Translations under genes and position numbers: made by a program
The notes under the pieces: generated by a model
The model's input: only the letters and a program-made list of their open reading frames with translations
Database searches by the model: none
What the model was told of the DNA's origin: nothing
Shown here: in pieces, positions 37,860-50,778 of the stretch
Numbering within the stretch: the stretch's first letter is position 1
Layout: the number at the start of each line of letters is the position of its first letter
Assembly (NCBI GenBank): GCA_973895155.1
Contig: OZ316891.1
Span: forward strand, 4,993,708-5,057,707
DNA from: Marsupella aquatica
Taxonomy: Eukaryota; Plantae; Marchantiophyta
Direction: 5' to 3'
Length of the DNA: 64,000 bases

Positions 37860-40100
37860 AGGGGATTTAAATCAAGATATCTTGAGCCCGGGCTAGCAAG
37901 AGGGTTATGGCCTATAACCTTCAATGAGCATACAAACTAAGGAAGTCTATGCATACCTGAGTACCCATAAATCCTCTTGTGAATCCTTAAAAACTATGCC
38001 TGGGAGTGGCAGTCTTGATCCATGCCTATAAGATGGAGACTTAAACCATCAGGGAATCTTGGGGCCAGGCTGGCTAGAGGATTATGGCCCCTAACTTTCA
38101 ACACAAGTACAAACGAAGGCTACTAAGATATTGAGGTATATGTTTATGGTCCTGATATGCTCCTTAATGGAGCATATGGGGCAACCGTATGCCGACCCGT
38201 AGCGGGGAGGTGCACGGGAGCCCCATTGCTCAGTTAAGGAGCAATGAAGGACCCTAAATATACATTAAGCGGTCATACCCTAGATAAACGGTTGGGATTC
38301 ATCGATCTGGTGCAATCGCGTATACAGATGCTACTTCTGACACCTGCGGCTATGCACTGTGCTCAACATCAACCCTACATGAAAATACACCGCAAAATAT
38401 GGTTTAAAATATTGAGATATAAAGCTGCCTACATGGCAAGCCCTGATAAGGGAAGTCAGAGCAGTAAAAATCATCAAACGACCCTTATCAAGTAGGCTGT
38501 AGGGTCGCATGGGTTATATATGTGGTGAAGTTGATGAGCCCATGTGCGTTACAGTCCATAACCCCTGAACAGACTGTTAGTTACAAAGCATAAACCCTCC
38601 CTGTGAGTCGTTGAAACCCTATCCTTTGGGAGGGGTCACAACCTTGATCCATGCAAGTAACTCGAGAGAGATACTTGATGGACCCCAAAAATGCAAAGTG
38701 TTTCTTGATGGACCCACGAATGATCCAGACAGTTGATAGATCTCAAATCAATGTATCCAAAAGCTCATGGGGTCTTGTGGGGTCTATCAAGTAAAACAGT
38801 TCAATTTAGGGGTCCATGAAGTATATATCTCCAAGTAACTCAAAAATTTAGATAACTCAATCTTGGCCAAGCTTGGGAACAGGCTGGAGAGAAGGTTATG
38901 GCCCATAGCCCTCAATTGAAATATAAATGAAGACTCCCCAAGGTTGATGAGCCTAAGGGGGTTAGGGTGCATAAACCCTGAACATCCCATGGACTACTGA
39001 GCACCTAAACCCTAGTCATGAGTCTTCAAAAAACAATCCTTTGGAGCAGTCATGGCCTGGATCCATGCCTATGACACAGAGATTGAAACAAAGGAATTTT
39101 CGCTTGGGTGGGTATAGTTACCCGTGAAGAGCCAATGTGTTACTGAGCATAAACCCTTGTTGTGGGTCTTAAAAACTCCATGCCTTGATCCCTACCTATG
39201 ATGCAGAAATCTCAAATAGGTTTAGTCCTGGTTAGTCTAATGGGCATTGTGCTATATATGTAATGCCCCCAAAGCCAGGACTTTAGCCCAACTCTCCGGG
39301 GTCATTAGAGCATCTCCAGCCCAATAGGGTTTTGTTAATATAACGGTGTGCTGATCAAACCCAGTAAGAAAATACAAAAAGTCAGGTCCAACCCACTCAC
39401 TAAAGCTTTCGGGTTTCAGGAATATTGGATTTGTATATGGAATAGATTATATGCAAGTTGACTCCTTACTAGGTTTGTTGTTGGTTTTTCAAGATTTCAG
39501 TCTATGGTTGTCTGATGCTCATACCTGCAGTTTAGAAAAATACCCCATCAAGGTTGGGGCTATTTTCCAGTTGGCCATGTTGTACCTTATGATTGCATAC
39601 ATAAGGTACATAATAAAGTTCTGTTTGGAGGCATTATAGGATATAATGCCTTGAAAATAAGGACTTCAACTCGAGTTCTGAGGGGCTATTGTTGCCCATA
39701 GTGCACTTAAAGGCCTGGAAGATTTGTATTTTTTCTATTTTAGTAAACAATGAGGAGAATATTTGGAAAGAGATTATCCAGATCTTGACAGGGCATTATG
39801 CTCCAGAATGCCCTAACAAATACAGAAGGAACAATAGCAAAGGACATTAAGTATCCAGGAAGCAAGATGATCCAGGTAGTGACAGGGCATTATGCTCCAG
39901 AATGCCCTCAAAAATACAGATGGACAAATGCAAAGGGCATTAAGTAACCAGGAAGCCAAACCCCGGAAAAATTGTGAAGGGCATTAAGGAGCCAAACCCA
40001 GGTGAGATAGAGATGTTCTTATGGGATCAGGTTATCTTGGGGCCAGGCTAGGCTAGCCAGAGGGTTATGGCCCATCTTACATATAAAATGCAAAGGGAAG
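37860..40100. repeat. Decayed repetitive/TE-derived block with recurring motifs (gctag..agagggttatggcc, cttgatccatgccta, ataaaccct, gggcattatgctccagaatgccct)
   Basis: Several degenerate copies of the same motifs. The 39640-39800 segment also resembles ~3690-3830. Confidence 0.6.
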
Positions 40101-41635
40101 CTAGAGTTGAGGTCTAGGCTTCTAGAGGCCCCACCAGAATATATGTGCATAGAAAGGAGTATCTTATGATATGTATGATTGTTAAAATAATGGGGCCAGG
40201 CATGATGACTGTTTTCTCATTTCATCTTACTATAAAAGCGCAAACTGATACTTTTAAGAGCCAAGGTTAGAGTGAAGCCTCTAGACCTTAAATCCATGGA
40301 CATCATGTGCATGGAAAAATTACTGTGCATGTGAAATCTCATGACTATGATATATGTCACCCGGTACATGCAAGTTTTTTGTAATAATTTTTAAGAAATA
40401 CATTCAAAAAATGGACACTATGGGCCTACCACATGCAACATATGTGCATACAAAGACAAATGTGCATAGACAGAAGAATGGTGTATTATACATGACTATT
40501 AAAATCTATTAAAATGATGAGTTTTTTTATCATTTCATTAACCTTCAAAGAATATGAATAGAGAATATATTTTGGTAACACTTTTATTGTCCTTTCCTTC
40601 ACGTTCTTTGAAGGGATAATGGGGCTACTTAACCTTCAAAGAATGTAAATACTAATTATATTTTGTCCATACTTTTATTGTCGTCTCCTCGATTCCTCTC
40701 TTCTATTCACGGTTCAAAGTAGTGGTGATCGAGGGTAGTAACATTCAAAGGAAATACAAAGGAAACCAATCAGCTTACAAGGAGAGTTTATTAGGGACTT
40801 GTGACCTCTGTCTCACTGCTTATCCCCTCGCCAATGGTGTCACTAAAGCCCAGCGGGTTTAGGGTTCTCTCTCCTTCAGTGGTGTTGGTGCAAACGTATC
40901 TCCTCTCGTTCGATGTGAGCTCTCTCGTCCTCTCTCTCTCAGTCTATGGGACCGCTCGTGTGGTTCGCCTTTTCGTTTGCAGCTGCAATTGTAGGTTGAA
41001 GCACTTCGTCGAAGCATTTTGCTGAAGCATTTTGCTGAAGCATTTTTGCTGAATCTTTTTTGTTGAATCATTCTGTTGAAGCTCAACGCAGCAATCTGAG
41101 TCCTGTGAATTGGCACTCTGTCTCGTTCGAATCGCTCGCAACCAGGTCGGAGCCTTTTTTCAAGCTCCCGCAAAGAAATTGTGGCTCGATTGATCGATTT
41201 ACTCAGAGCACACTCTGTCTCGGTTTTGGTGGTTCGGTACTGCATTAGGTTTAAGCCTTTTGTCGGAACTCAGCACAGAAATCTTAAACTTAGCTGGAAA
41301 ACTAGTCTGTCGTGCACAGGCTTTTCGAGCATTCTGAGATCCTTGAATTCGGTGTATTTTGAATTTGACGTACTAAAATTTCTGCAATGGTGGCTCCTGC
41401 AGCTCACTTCAATGTTTCTGCGGCACTCGGGACTCCCGGTTATCATGGCGGTCTAACCAGCAACTGACAATTAAGAATCCCGTGCGGTTTCTCCCCACGG
41501 ACAAGAGCTCTGCGGAAGGCCGGACGGACAAAGTTTTGTTTAGGAGAGCTGTCACTTCTCTCTGGAATTTTCCCTCACTTTGTCTTGTGATAGCATTGCT
41601 GCGCATTGCAGTGGAGTGGAGTAGAGGCGGTGAAA

Positions 41636-43318
41636 ATGTGTGGCATATTGGCAGTCTTAGGCTGCCATGACACGTCCCCGACGAAGCGAGCTCGGATTGT
41701 GGAATTGTCGTGCCGGTTGAAGCACCGAGGGCCGGATTGGAGCGGGATTTATCAGCACGAGGATTGTTTCCTGGCGCACGAGCGGCTGGCGATTATCGAC
41801 CCGGCGTCCGGGGACCAGCCATTGTTCAACGAGTCCAAGAGCATCATCGTGGCTGTCAACGGAGAAATTTACAACCATGAGGAGCTCAAGCGAGGAATGA
41901 GCAAACAAAAGAAGTTCAACACACAGAGCGACTGTGAAGTCATTGCTCATCTCTATGAGGATATAGGAGAGGAGGTCGTGCAGCGGTTGGATGGGATGTT
42001 CTCGTTTGTGCTGCTCGACACCCGCGACGAGAGCTATATTGCTGCCCGAGATCCCATTGGGATTACTCCTATGTACATCGGCTGGGGACAGGATGGCTCG
42101 GTGTGGTTTGCTTCAGAGATGAAGGCTTTGGTCGATGAGTGCGAGACTTTCCAGGCCTTTCCGCCGGGCCATATTTATTCCAGCAAGACAGGAGAGTTGC
42201 GTCGGTGGTATAATCCAGTGTGGTTCTCTGAGACTATTCCATCGGTTCCGTATGATCCCTTAGTTCTGAGAGAGGCTTTCGAGAGGGCTGTGATCAAGCG
42301 GCTCATGACAGACGTGCCTTTTGGAGTGCTTCTCTCGGGGGGGCTTGATTCTTCTCTGGTTGCAGCTGTGGCGTGTAGGCACCTTGCTGAATCAAAGGCA
42401 GGCCAGCAATGGGGTACGACGTTGCATACGTTTTGTGTGGGCTTAGAAGGATCTCCAGATTTGAGAGCTGCGAGTGAAGTGTCAAAGACTCTCGGGACAG
42501 CGCACCATGAGTTCCATTTCACTGTTCAGGAGGGTTTGGATGCGCTTTCAGAGGTAATATACCATATTGAAACTTATGATGTGACTACCATTCGGGCCAG
42601 CACTCCCATGTTTCTGATGTCTCGGAAAATTAAGGCTCTTGGGGTGAAGATGGTGCTTTCTGGGGAGGGATCTGACGAAATTTTCGGTGGATACCTCTAT
42701 TTTCATAAAGCCCCAAACAAGGAAGAATTACATCTCGAGACATGTAGAAAGATTAAGGCTTTGCATCTGTATGATTGCTTAAGAGCTAACAAGTCCACTG
42801 CAGCATGGGGATTGGAGGCTCGCGTGCCTTTCTTAGACAAATCCTTCATCGATTTGGCCATGAGCATTGATCCTGCTGAGAAAATGATCGACAAGAGCAA
42901 AGGACGAATAGAGAAATACATTCTTCGGAAGGCTTTTGATGATGAGGAGAATCCTTACCTTCCAAAGCACATATTATACCGGCAAAAGGAGCAGTTTAGT
43001 GACGGTGTTGGCTACAGCTGGATTGATGGACTAAAACAACATGCAGCCTCCCAGGTATCTGATAAAATGATGGCCAATGCTCGACATGTCTTTCCTTACA
43101 ACACCCCGGCGACGAAAGAAGCCTACTACTATCGGCAGATTTTCGAAAAACGCTTTCCACAGCAAAGTGCCCGGGAGACAGTACCCGGAGGTCCTAGTGT
43201 AGCGTGCAGTACAGCAGCTGCCATATCTTGGGACAAAGCTTGGGCCAACAATCTGGATCCCTCTGGTCGTGCTGCGGTTGGTGTTCACGACGGTGATTCC
43301 ACTGTGAATGGCACTTGA
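41636..43318 (+). CDS. ASN: Glutamine-dependent asparagine synthetase (560 aa), coding region intronless
   Basis: N-terminal nucleophile MCGILAVLG, plus HRGPDWSG, AHERLAIIDP, VNGEIYNH, LLSGGLDSS, SGEGSDEIFGGYLYF, EARVPFLD and RQKEQFSDGVG, in an uninterrupted ORF. Confidence 0.97.
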   Translation: MCGILAVLGCHDTSPTKRARIVELSCRLKHRGPDWSGIYQHEDCFLAHERLAIIDPASGDQPLFNESKSIIVAVNGEIYNHEELKRGMSKQKKFNTQSDCEVIAHLYEDIGEEVVQRLDGMFSFVLLDTRDESYIAARDPIGITPMYIGWGQDGSVWFASEMKALVDECETFQAFPPGHIYSSKTGELRRWYNPVWFSETIPSVPYDPLVLREAFERAVIKRLMTDVPFGVLLSGGLDSSLVAAVACRHLAESKAGQQWGTTLHTFCVGLEGSPDLRAASEVSKTLGTAHHEFHFTVQEGLDALSEVIYHIETYDVTTIRASTPMFLMSRKIKALGVKMVLSGEGSDEIFGGYLYFHKAPNKEELHLETCRKIKALHLYDCLRANKSTAAWGLEARVPFLDKSFIDLAMSIDPAEKMIDKSKGRIEKYILRKAFDDEENPYLPKHILYRQKEQFSDGVGYSWIDGLKQHAASQVSDKMMANARHVFPYNTPATKEAYYYRQIFEKRFPQQSARETVPGGPSVACSTAAAISWDKAWANNLDPSGRAAVGVHDGDSTVNGT

Positions 43319-43571
43319 GATACTGCGGATTAGAACAGAGAGAGGGAGTATGGCTGACTTAGCCCAGATTGAAAGTTTACATGCGAAAACTAATGTGCTC
43401 GTACGGTACTGATGATGTCACCTTTGTGAGCTCTCAACACTGCTCTTCCTCTTCACAGGTTGTGGAAAGAAGCTGTCGAGACAAAATCTTCTGTACTTAA
43501 TAGTTCCTCATCAAGTCGAGGGGCGAACCTATTGATCCACTGGTTTTCATGGTTTGGAGTTCTCAATAAAA

Positions 43572-43642
43572 CCATTTGGAGTTCTCAATAAAATTCAAGG
43601 GACCGCAGACACTTCGGAAATTTTATTGAGAACTTCAAATGG
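43572..43642. repeat. 24-bp inverted repeat (hairpin) in the ASN 3' region
   Basis: ccatttggagttctcaataaaatt (43572-43595) pairs with aattttattgagaacttcaaatgg (43619-43642), with one G-U pair. Part of the left arm is also duplicated at 43553-43571. Confidence 0.85.
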
Positions 43643-45106
43643 AAAGTCCCGGGAGATCACTTATCCCTTATATTATTATCTGATCAGCAGAATTATTTGC
43701 AGTGGTTATGAATAGCTACAGAAGTTTTTCCCCTGAGCAGAGGGCATTTGAGAGAACCTGACATTGTTTCACTCCGGTTCTCTGTAAGATCACCTTGTTT
43801 AGGAAAACGCCACCACTGGCATTGTATGTTCAATTATAGGCTTGTTCAAGAAGATAGCTGCAGTACATGTGTGCTCGGCCATAATCTATTCTTGGATTTT
43901 GTGATGTTTAGTGTAGACAATCCTATAAGGACAAAAAGTGGGCCCCCTCATTGATCCTTTAAAAACACAACCAGTAATGGATCAGTAGACCTTGTACGAA
44001 GTAGTTTCACGTCTCTTCAACGCCTTTGCTTGTCACTTTTGGTTTCGGAATTCTCTTATATGCTTGTACTTTCGTTTCTTTATCCTAATAGCCAGAAGTG
44101 AAGGTGCTCAAGGTGTACCCATTGTTTTGTCACCACGTAAAGACAACGACAGCTTATGGGATACGAGATACATTTATCTTGAAGTACTCATTTATGTTTG
44201 GAACGTATTTGTCACATCGTGGTCGATGCGCTTTAATATTCTGAACAGTGGTATATATAATTATCAAGGTCTAACTACAAATTAAGTTCTATCAACATTA
44301 TCTCTAGCCCAGTCATGTCCCAACCCTCCTCAACGCTTTAGGGCAGTCCCTTAGGTGACGTGACCACATTCGATTTTTACAAGGCCTTTCCGAGATGGGC
44401 AAATGCATGTGGACACTCAAATATAATCATGTTAGTAATTTGTGGAAAACCGCACACTGGTTTTATGTTTAAGGGTAAAGATTCGAAAGCGAACCCCCTT
44501 AATTCCGGTGTAACCCAGATATTTGAGATGGTGCGGTGGGTTTTGTGAATCAAAGTTCAGGGGTAATCATTGGGCCTACAAACATGAAGTCATTTGAAAC
44601 TTCCACCGCCCAAACAGGGTAACAAAACCCAATATCCCAAGAGCTGAGTGTAGAACATCCAACTAACTTGACGGTGTGACCTCGACTACTTGGACAATGC
44701 AGACCGGTTTCGCTTCGTAGCAATCGCTTAGTAACACTCGCAGTACAAAAAAACTTCATGAATACCTTTGTTTTCTGTGCACCTCACGTAATTAATGCAA
44801 ATTTACCTACAAACTCCTGAGGCGTGAACTGCTTGCCAGCCAAACTTCAAAGAATAAATGCGGTACTCCTAAAGACTTTGCTGGGCGTTCGGACAGATGA
44901 AGATGAAATTGGGAGACAGCATCAACTACATACAATCCGTCGATCTTCCCTCTCAAACACAATTCTAGAGTGGGAAAGCTATATCGCACATCGTGCCATT
45001 TCTGGCAATCAGACCTTGAAGGTTGCTAGCTTGAGAAAAACTCAACCCTTTGATCTTTCAGTGCCATTCCGATGCCATCCGCTTGTACTGATCTTCCAGT
45101 ACGCCA

Positions 45107-46932
45107 TCACCTAGGCTTCAATGAGCTCAGATCTAGAGCACAGACAGAACTCATCCACCACACAAAATTTACATGAGCACAATGATATCGCAACATCCTT
45201 TCCCAACATTCCCAATCTAAAATCTATAACGTGCAAGGCGAGTAAAGGTTTGGTATACTAGTTACGATCTCACGTTGGTAAATTAATCAAAGTATTGATA
45301 TCATTGCTGCGGAGACTTACTAAAACTCTCAAATATTCTGGTTGTGTAACAGCCGGAGAGGACAGACTTAAATAGACCGCAAAACTATTTCAGCTCTATC
45401 AGCTATTGCGGGTGATTGTCTACCATTACTCTTGACGGAATGAATTGCTCTTATCCCTAGTGAAGCAGCTCCTTAACCGTACCCTTATATTCAATAGCTC
45501 AACAGAAGCCGTTGAAGCCTGATCAGGATAGAGGCAAGGCAGCGATGAGTAACTCCAGCTTAATGCTGAAATCCGCAAGGCTTTCATGAAATGCATCAAG
45601 TGCCGTCAAAGTCATCTAAACAGGGGACAATTCAAAGGAATATATCACCAGGCCCGTCATTGTAGGAAACATACGTGAAACAGATGAAACCTAACGTCTA
45701 GCAAACCTCAAAACTCTGTCATCGAGGTATCCCATGGCAAACCGCCTCAAAAGACTTAAACAACATTTTCCTTTCTGAATCTCTTACTGAATCTAAATTT
45801 CGGGTACTTTGCAAATAAGATCTTCAGTAGCCAGTACAACTCATGAATTATCATATTGAGAAGTAAACACCCAAATGATGTGCAAGTAGTGCGACAAAAC
45901 AGTGTCTCGCTGGGACCTTACTGATCATTTCAATCCATGTATTCCGATGTAATCGGATTCATCAGGGCATTTTTCGAGTATTTCACAACAAGAGGTCAAT
46001 ATAGAAAGAATGGAAGTGATGGTGATATACTAAACATCTATCTCAACAACATGGCCCCGAGCTGCAGTTCACTTTTAAGGACCTCAGGATATGGGCCAGT
46101 CACTAATTGTATGATATGGAAATGTAAAAATTAGGGCAGAAGTTGCCCGCCAAGTAACGCACTTTAGAGCAGTTCGCTAACGAAATTACCGGTCGGGTGA
46201 CATATGGGTGAGCGTACCATGGAGATTTGCGGGGATGGCTCCGGCAGTTGTGCTCAATAGTGACACAAGCCGGGACGATGCGGTCACACTGTACAAAGGA
46301 AGCAGGGATTGCATGCAAGCTACCTCCCTTGGCAACCTGCCTCCACAAAGAGAAACATCGTAGGTCAGAGCATTGAGGCTTACAAACATTCGGAGGATTC
46401 ATTACTAAAAACTGCCAGAATGAGCCTTCATCAGTGGATTTGGGCAGATTTTGTAACGGGGGCTTCAAAAAGTCCGCAAAGCTGCGTGAAAAGACACAGA
46501 TGCAGCTCACAAAAAATAGGGCAACAGAGGGAGAGCAGTAAAAAAGAAGGCTTTGCAGGAACAATGTGAGAGGTGGACCTGGGACGTAACGAATGAAATG
46601 CTTCAGAGACCAAACCCTCTCCGGGCAAACGATTCACCCAGAAAAAACCCACATTCATAAATGAAAACAACCTCCGAAGGGAAGGAGAACTAGTGAGGAA
46701 GCAGAACCAATAACCTTAACAACTGAGATGACAACCGCCGGTTCCCGAGCAAGGTGCTCGAACAACAACTCGCTGGAGACGACGCCGGACATGTGTTGGG
46801 AGAAGTAGAGCGACCAGCATTTCCCAGAGCTGTCTCAGAAGCTAAACTTGGGTTTCTGTAGCACTGCATCGCTGATCTGGCCTTCGAAGCTGCATTCGCC
46901 AGAGCCCTCCTTCCACCATTCAAGGACGCCAT
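45107..46932 (-). CDS. NFD6/NOXY2-family small mitochondrial protein, last exon alternative/uncertain
   Basis: Exon 1 (46932-~46716) encodes an R/S/A-rich presequence. Exon 2 (~46336-46218) encodes RLPREVACMQSLLPLYSVTASSRLVSLL, the family motif (RLPxELxCxxSLLPLHSxxASARL). Candidate last exon DLSSLKPR* lies at 45132-45107. Confidence 0.82.
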
Positions 46933-47694
46933 TCCTTCCCTTCACACTTCACACTTCAGTCACAGAGTCGATCGGTCACTACTGCAGTCTAGTCAGTCCA
47001 CTTTGGTAATAATAAATGTAGAATGGACCCTAATTTTTGTTAGGGTTTCTCTTTTGCTCCGTCTGGATTTTGGAGATTGCAACCTTGCCAAGGCATTTTC
47101 CAAGCCCCAGGAAATGGAAGATGGAGAGACGCTAGTACTATGGAATCAAGAAGAAGAGAAAGAGCTTGCAGAAGGGGCTGTTTGGGGGGTCAAAGGTAGT
47201 CAGTGGAGGCGTTTAATTGTAGACAAAAAATCTTGTGGGCTGTCTATAAATGTGCTCAGTAAAGATATGTGCTCAGTAAGGATCATAAATGTGCTCATTC
47301 CAGCCCAGCCTTGCAGGTGAAAAACCTTTGCTGTGTGAAAAAAACAAAAAGAAAGGGGTACACTTGTTGCAAACTCTGTGTCATTGAGAAGTAGGGAACC
47401 AGATGTGTGTCCTATTATGTTGTCAAGGAAGTGCTACTTTTTCCCAAAAGTTTAGGGTGCAAAGGTGGTACTCTGGAGGGTTCTCACATGCGAGTTGGCC
47501 CTTAGAAATGCACTTCTAGAAACACATATGTCAACCAAAGCAGAAAGGCATGAAGAACCACTCCTATCAATACTGTCCGCGCAAGCAAGAACTCCTTTCT
47601 GCTAGTCTAACTAATAAAGCGCAATGCAAAGCTACTTGCAAGGGTTTACTACTGGTCTATAGTGAAATCTCTAGACCTAGACCCTAACTCTCAA

Positions 47695-48190
47695 CAGGAC
47701 AAAACTAAAAAGTGAAAGTGGACTGAAAACAAGGAATGGGAGCACAAATTAACAAAACGAGCATGGACTCCATATTATTTCTATATTATGACAAAACTAA
47801 GAGTGACTCTCAATAAAGACAAAACTAAGAGTGACTCAATAAAAACAAAAATAAAAGTGAGGGTGAGGAAAACTAGGGATGGAGGAAAAGACGAACAAGA
47901 GCATCATTGTTTACAAGATTTTTTGGGGAATGGGAGCAAAGATTTACAAAACTGACATGGACTCTATACTATGACAAAACAAGGTTGACTCTAAATAAAG
48001 ACAAAATAGAAGTGAGGGTGAAGAAAAATTGGGATGGAGGCAAATATGAACAAGCGCATCTTTGTTTACAAGATTTTTTGGGGAATGGGAGCAGAGATTA
48101 ACAAAACTGACATGGACTCTACATTATGACAAAACTAAGAGTGACTCTAAATTTAGACAAAATAGAAGTGAGGGTCAAGAAAAAGAGGGA
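47695..48190. repeat. Degenerate tandem repeats (gacaaaactaagagtgactc..aataaa; aaactgacatggactc; ttgtttacaagattttttgggaatgggagca)
   Basis: Several visible copies of ~30-bp and ~150-bp units. Confidence 0.75.
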
Positions 48191-48795
48191 TTATAAAATT
48201 TTGTGTGTATAAATCTCTATTTAGTTCTTTGAAGGGGTAATCAGGCTAGTTTCATACAATATCTGGGTCAGGGGCCACTGAGGAAGTTTGGTCTGCTCTT
48301 TGTCTCGTTCTGTCTCACATTGCAAGACCCAATTTTCCATCAATTCAATGTTCGAAAATCTACCTTCTAGAAGTTTCAAATCTGCCCACTGGATTGATTT
48401 TGTGTATGCTTAAATACGGTCCTGATGTTGAGCTGTAGATTGTCAGTCTTTTCTGCCTCTATGTTTTTTTCCTCGAAAACACCACTTGAATCTCATTCAA
48501 CAAGCATCTCATTTAAAAAGCCAGCTTACAACAAGGGTGACCCACAAGAGCTCTAGATTGTCAAAAAGCCATACAACAAGGGTGGCCCACAAGATCTCTA
48601 GATTGTGAGTCGTCCACTACATTGAACTCTCATCTGTAACAGTCCACTTCAAAGGTTCTCACGTTTTCTGGAATCCTCTGTAGCGGAATTTCTTTGAGAG
48701 GTGGCAATTCATTGAGATCTCAAGTGGGCACTTCCACTTCGAAGGTTTTGCCGTGCTCTCGATTTCTCTCCAGCGGAACTTCCTGAGAGCTAGCA

Positions 48796-50778
48796 ATGGC
48801 GTCCATCACAGTACCTCGAGTGAAATTGGGGTCGCAGGGATTGGAAGTGTCGCAGCAGGGATTGGGGTGCCTGGGCATGTCTATTGCTTACGGGCCTCCC
48901 AAGCCAGAGCAGGAGATGATCGAGCTGATTCGCAAGGCGGTGGAAATCGGCATCACGTTCATCGATACGGCGGATATGTATGGACCTCACACCAACGAAA
49001 TTCTCATTGGAAAGGTACACCTCATGTGAATTCCAGTAGTTTCGAACATTGAAGCATAGATTCTCGGGACAAGTCTCTGACCATCGAAACGTGTGTAAAA
49101 TTGGACAGCGGGTTCAGGAATTTCTTGCTATTCAGTTATGCTCTAACTTCGTTCTATGGTAAAACATTAGAGTGCGACTTTGATGGTGGGAGTCGACTCA
49201 TTGACGCGGTGTTCTTCGTGGTGGCAAATGATGACGCACAGGCAATTAAAGGAATCAGACACAAGGTACAACTCGCCACCAAGTTCGGAAACGTTGTGAG
49301 GGGCTATGAATTTGATATACGGGGAGATCCAGCCTATGTCCGCGAAGCTGTGGAAGGAAGTCTGAAGAGACTGGGCGTGGATTACATCGATCTTTACTAC
49401 CAGCATCGTGTTGATTCCACAGTACCCATTGAGATCACTGTGAGTGCCCTTCACATGAAATTATTCGAAGCTGTTGATAGCAGCTGAGATACCAAATTAA
49501 TTGATTTTCCACAATGCGAGTGCAGATATTTTTTGAGTGCCTTCCAGAAGCATGCATTCCATAAATAGGCAGAGACTGGCAATCAGGATGTAATTTTTGG
49601 GAGTTTTCTGTTCCGATCATATACATAAGCATAGCTGTTGACAGAATAAGAACGCGTCATGGGCATGTGATTGTAGGTTGGAGAGATGAAGAAGCTTGTG
49701 GAAGAGGGGAAGGTAAAATATCTGGGCCTGTCCGAGGCATCTGCTGCGGACATCCGACGGGCACATGCTGTCCACCCCATCACCGCTGTTGAGCTAGAGT
49801 GGTCACTCTGGTCTCGTGACGTTGAAGAGGACGTGATTCCGACTTGCAGGTGTGAACTGCATTCCATCTGCTACAAAATTCCCTTGCCTTCTCCCAAATG
49901 CAATGATTTCGACTTTTCTTTCATTCTTTCATTCTTTCATTTCCCTAATTTTTGGTTCAATTCTGACCATTGCTTTGGGATATCTGCTAAAGAAATTGCC
50001 CTTGAATGGAATCTCTGTTGTCTACACGACTTCATGCGGTACAGCAGCATTTCACTTTCATGCTCCACGTATGGCACCTGAAACTTTCTTACGATGCCAC
50101 AATGTTGGAATGGACCGTCCATTGCAGAGAGCTGGGCATTGCCATTGTGCCATACAGTCCACTGGGACGAGGTTTCTTCTCCGGAATCACGCAAAATGAA
50201 ATGCATGACACCGATTGGAGAAGGGTAAGCACCTCTGTACATTGACCCTCTTTGCACCTCTTTTGATGCTCTAGTAGCTCCGAATTTCAGCTTTGGAGCC
50301 ATGTACGCTGCACTTGCAGTGAGTAGGGATGTGAACTTTCTTTTCCTTGGCGGCAATGAATATACTTCAATTTTATTTAGTAAACATCCTAAGAAGGGAA
50401 TTGAGCATGGCCTTATTTCGGAATTCTCAGTTTTTGCCAAGGTTCCAATTGGAGAATTTTGCCCGGAATAGAGCATTTTACGATCGTCTCGTAGCAATTG
50501 GAGCTACCAAGAACGCAACAGCAGGCCAGCTCGCCCTGGCTTGGCTGCAACATCAAGGAAAGGATGTCGTGCCAATTCCGGGTACGACCAAATGGAAGAA
50601 TTTCGAGGAGAACATTGGAGCTCTGGCTGTGAAACTCACAGAAGAAGAATTGAAGGAGATCCAAGACGCAGTGCCACAAGACGAGGTCATGGGTGATCGG
50701 TACACGGCGGACAAAATGTTGACCACATGGAGGCACTCCACCAGCCCGCCGCTCTCTACCTGGAAAGAAGCCCATTAG
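48796..50778 (+). CDS. Aldo-keto reductase (plant auxin-induced PCNT115/ATB2/perakine reductase-like), copy 1, 5 exons
   Basis: Exons ~48796-49014, 49242-49439, 49677-49849, 50128-50224 and 50431-50778. Motifs [55 protein letters not shown] and VPIPGTTK. Confidence 0.95.

Noticed and set aside
41636-43318. Bacterial horizontal transfer to explain the intronless ASN
   Set aside because: The protein is plant-type throughout (MCGILAVLG start, plant-like C-terminal LDPSGRAA.GVH) and is flanked by eukaryotic splice-like signals.
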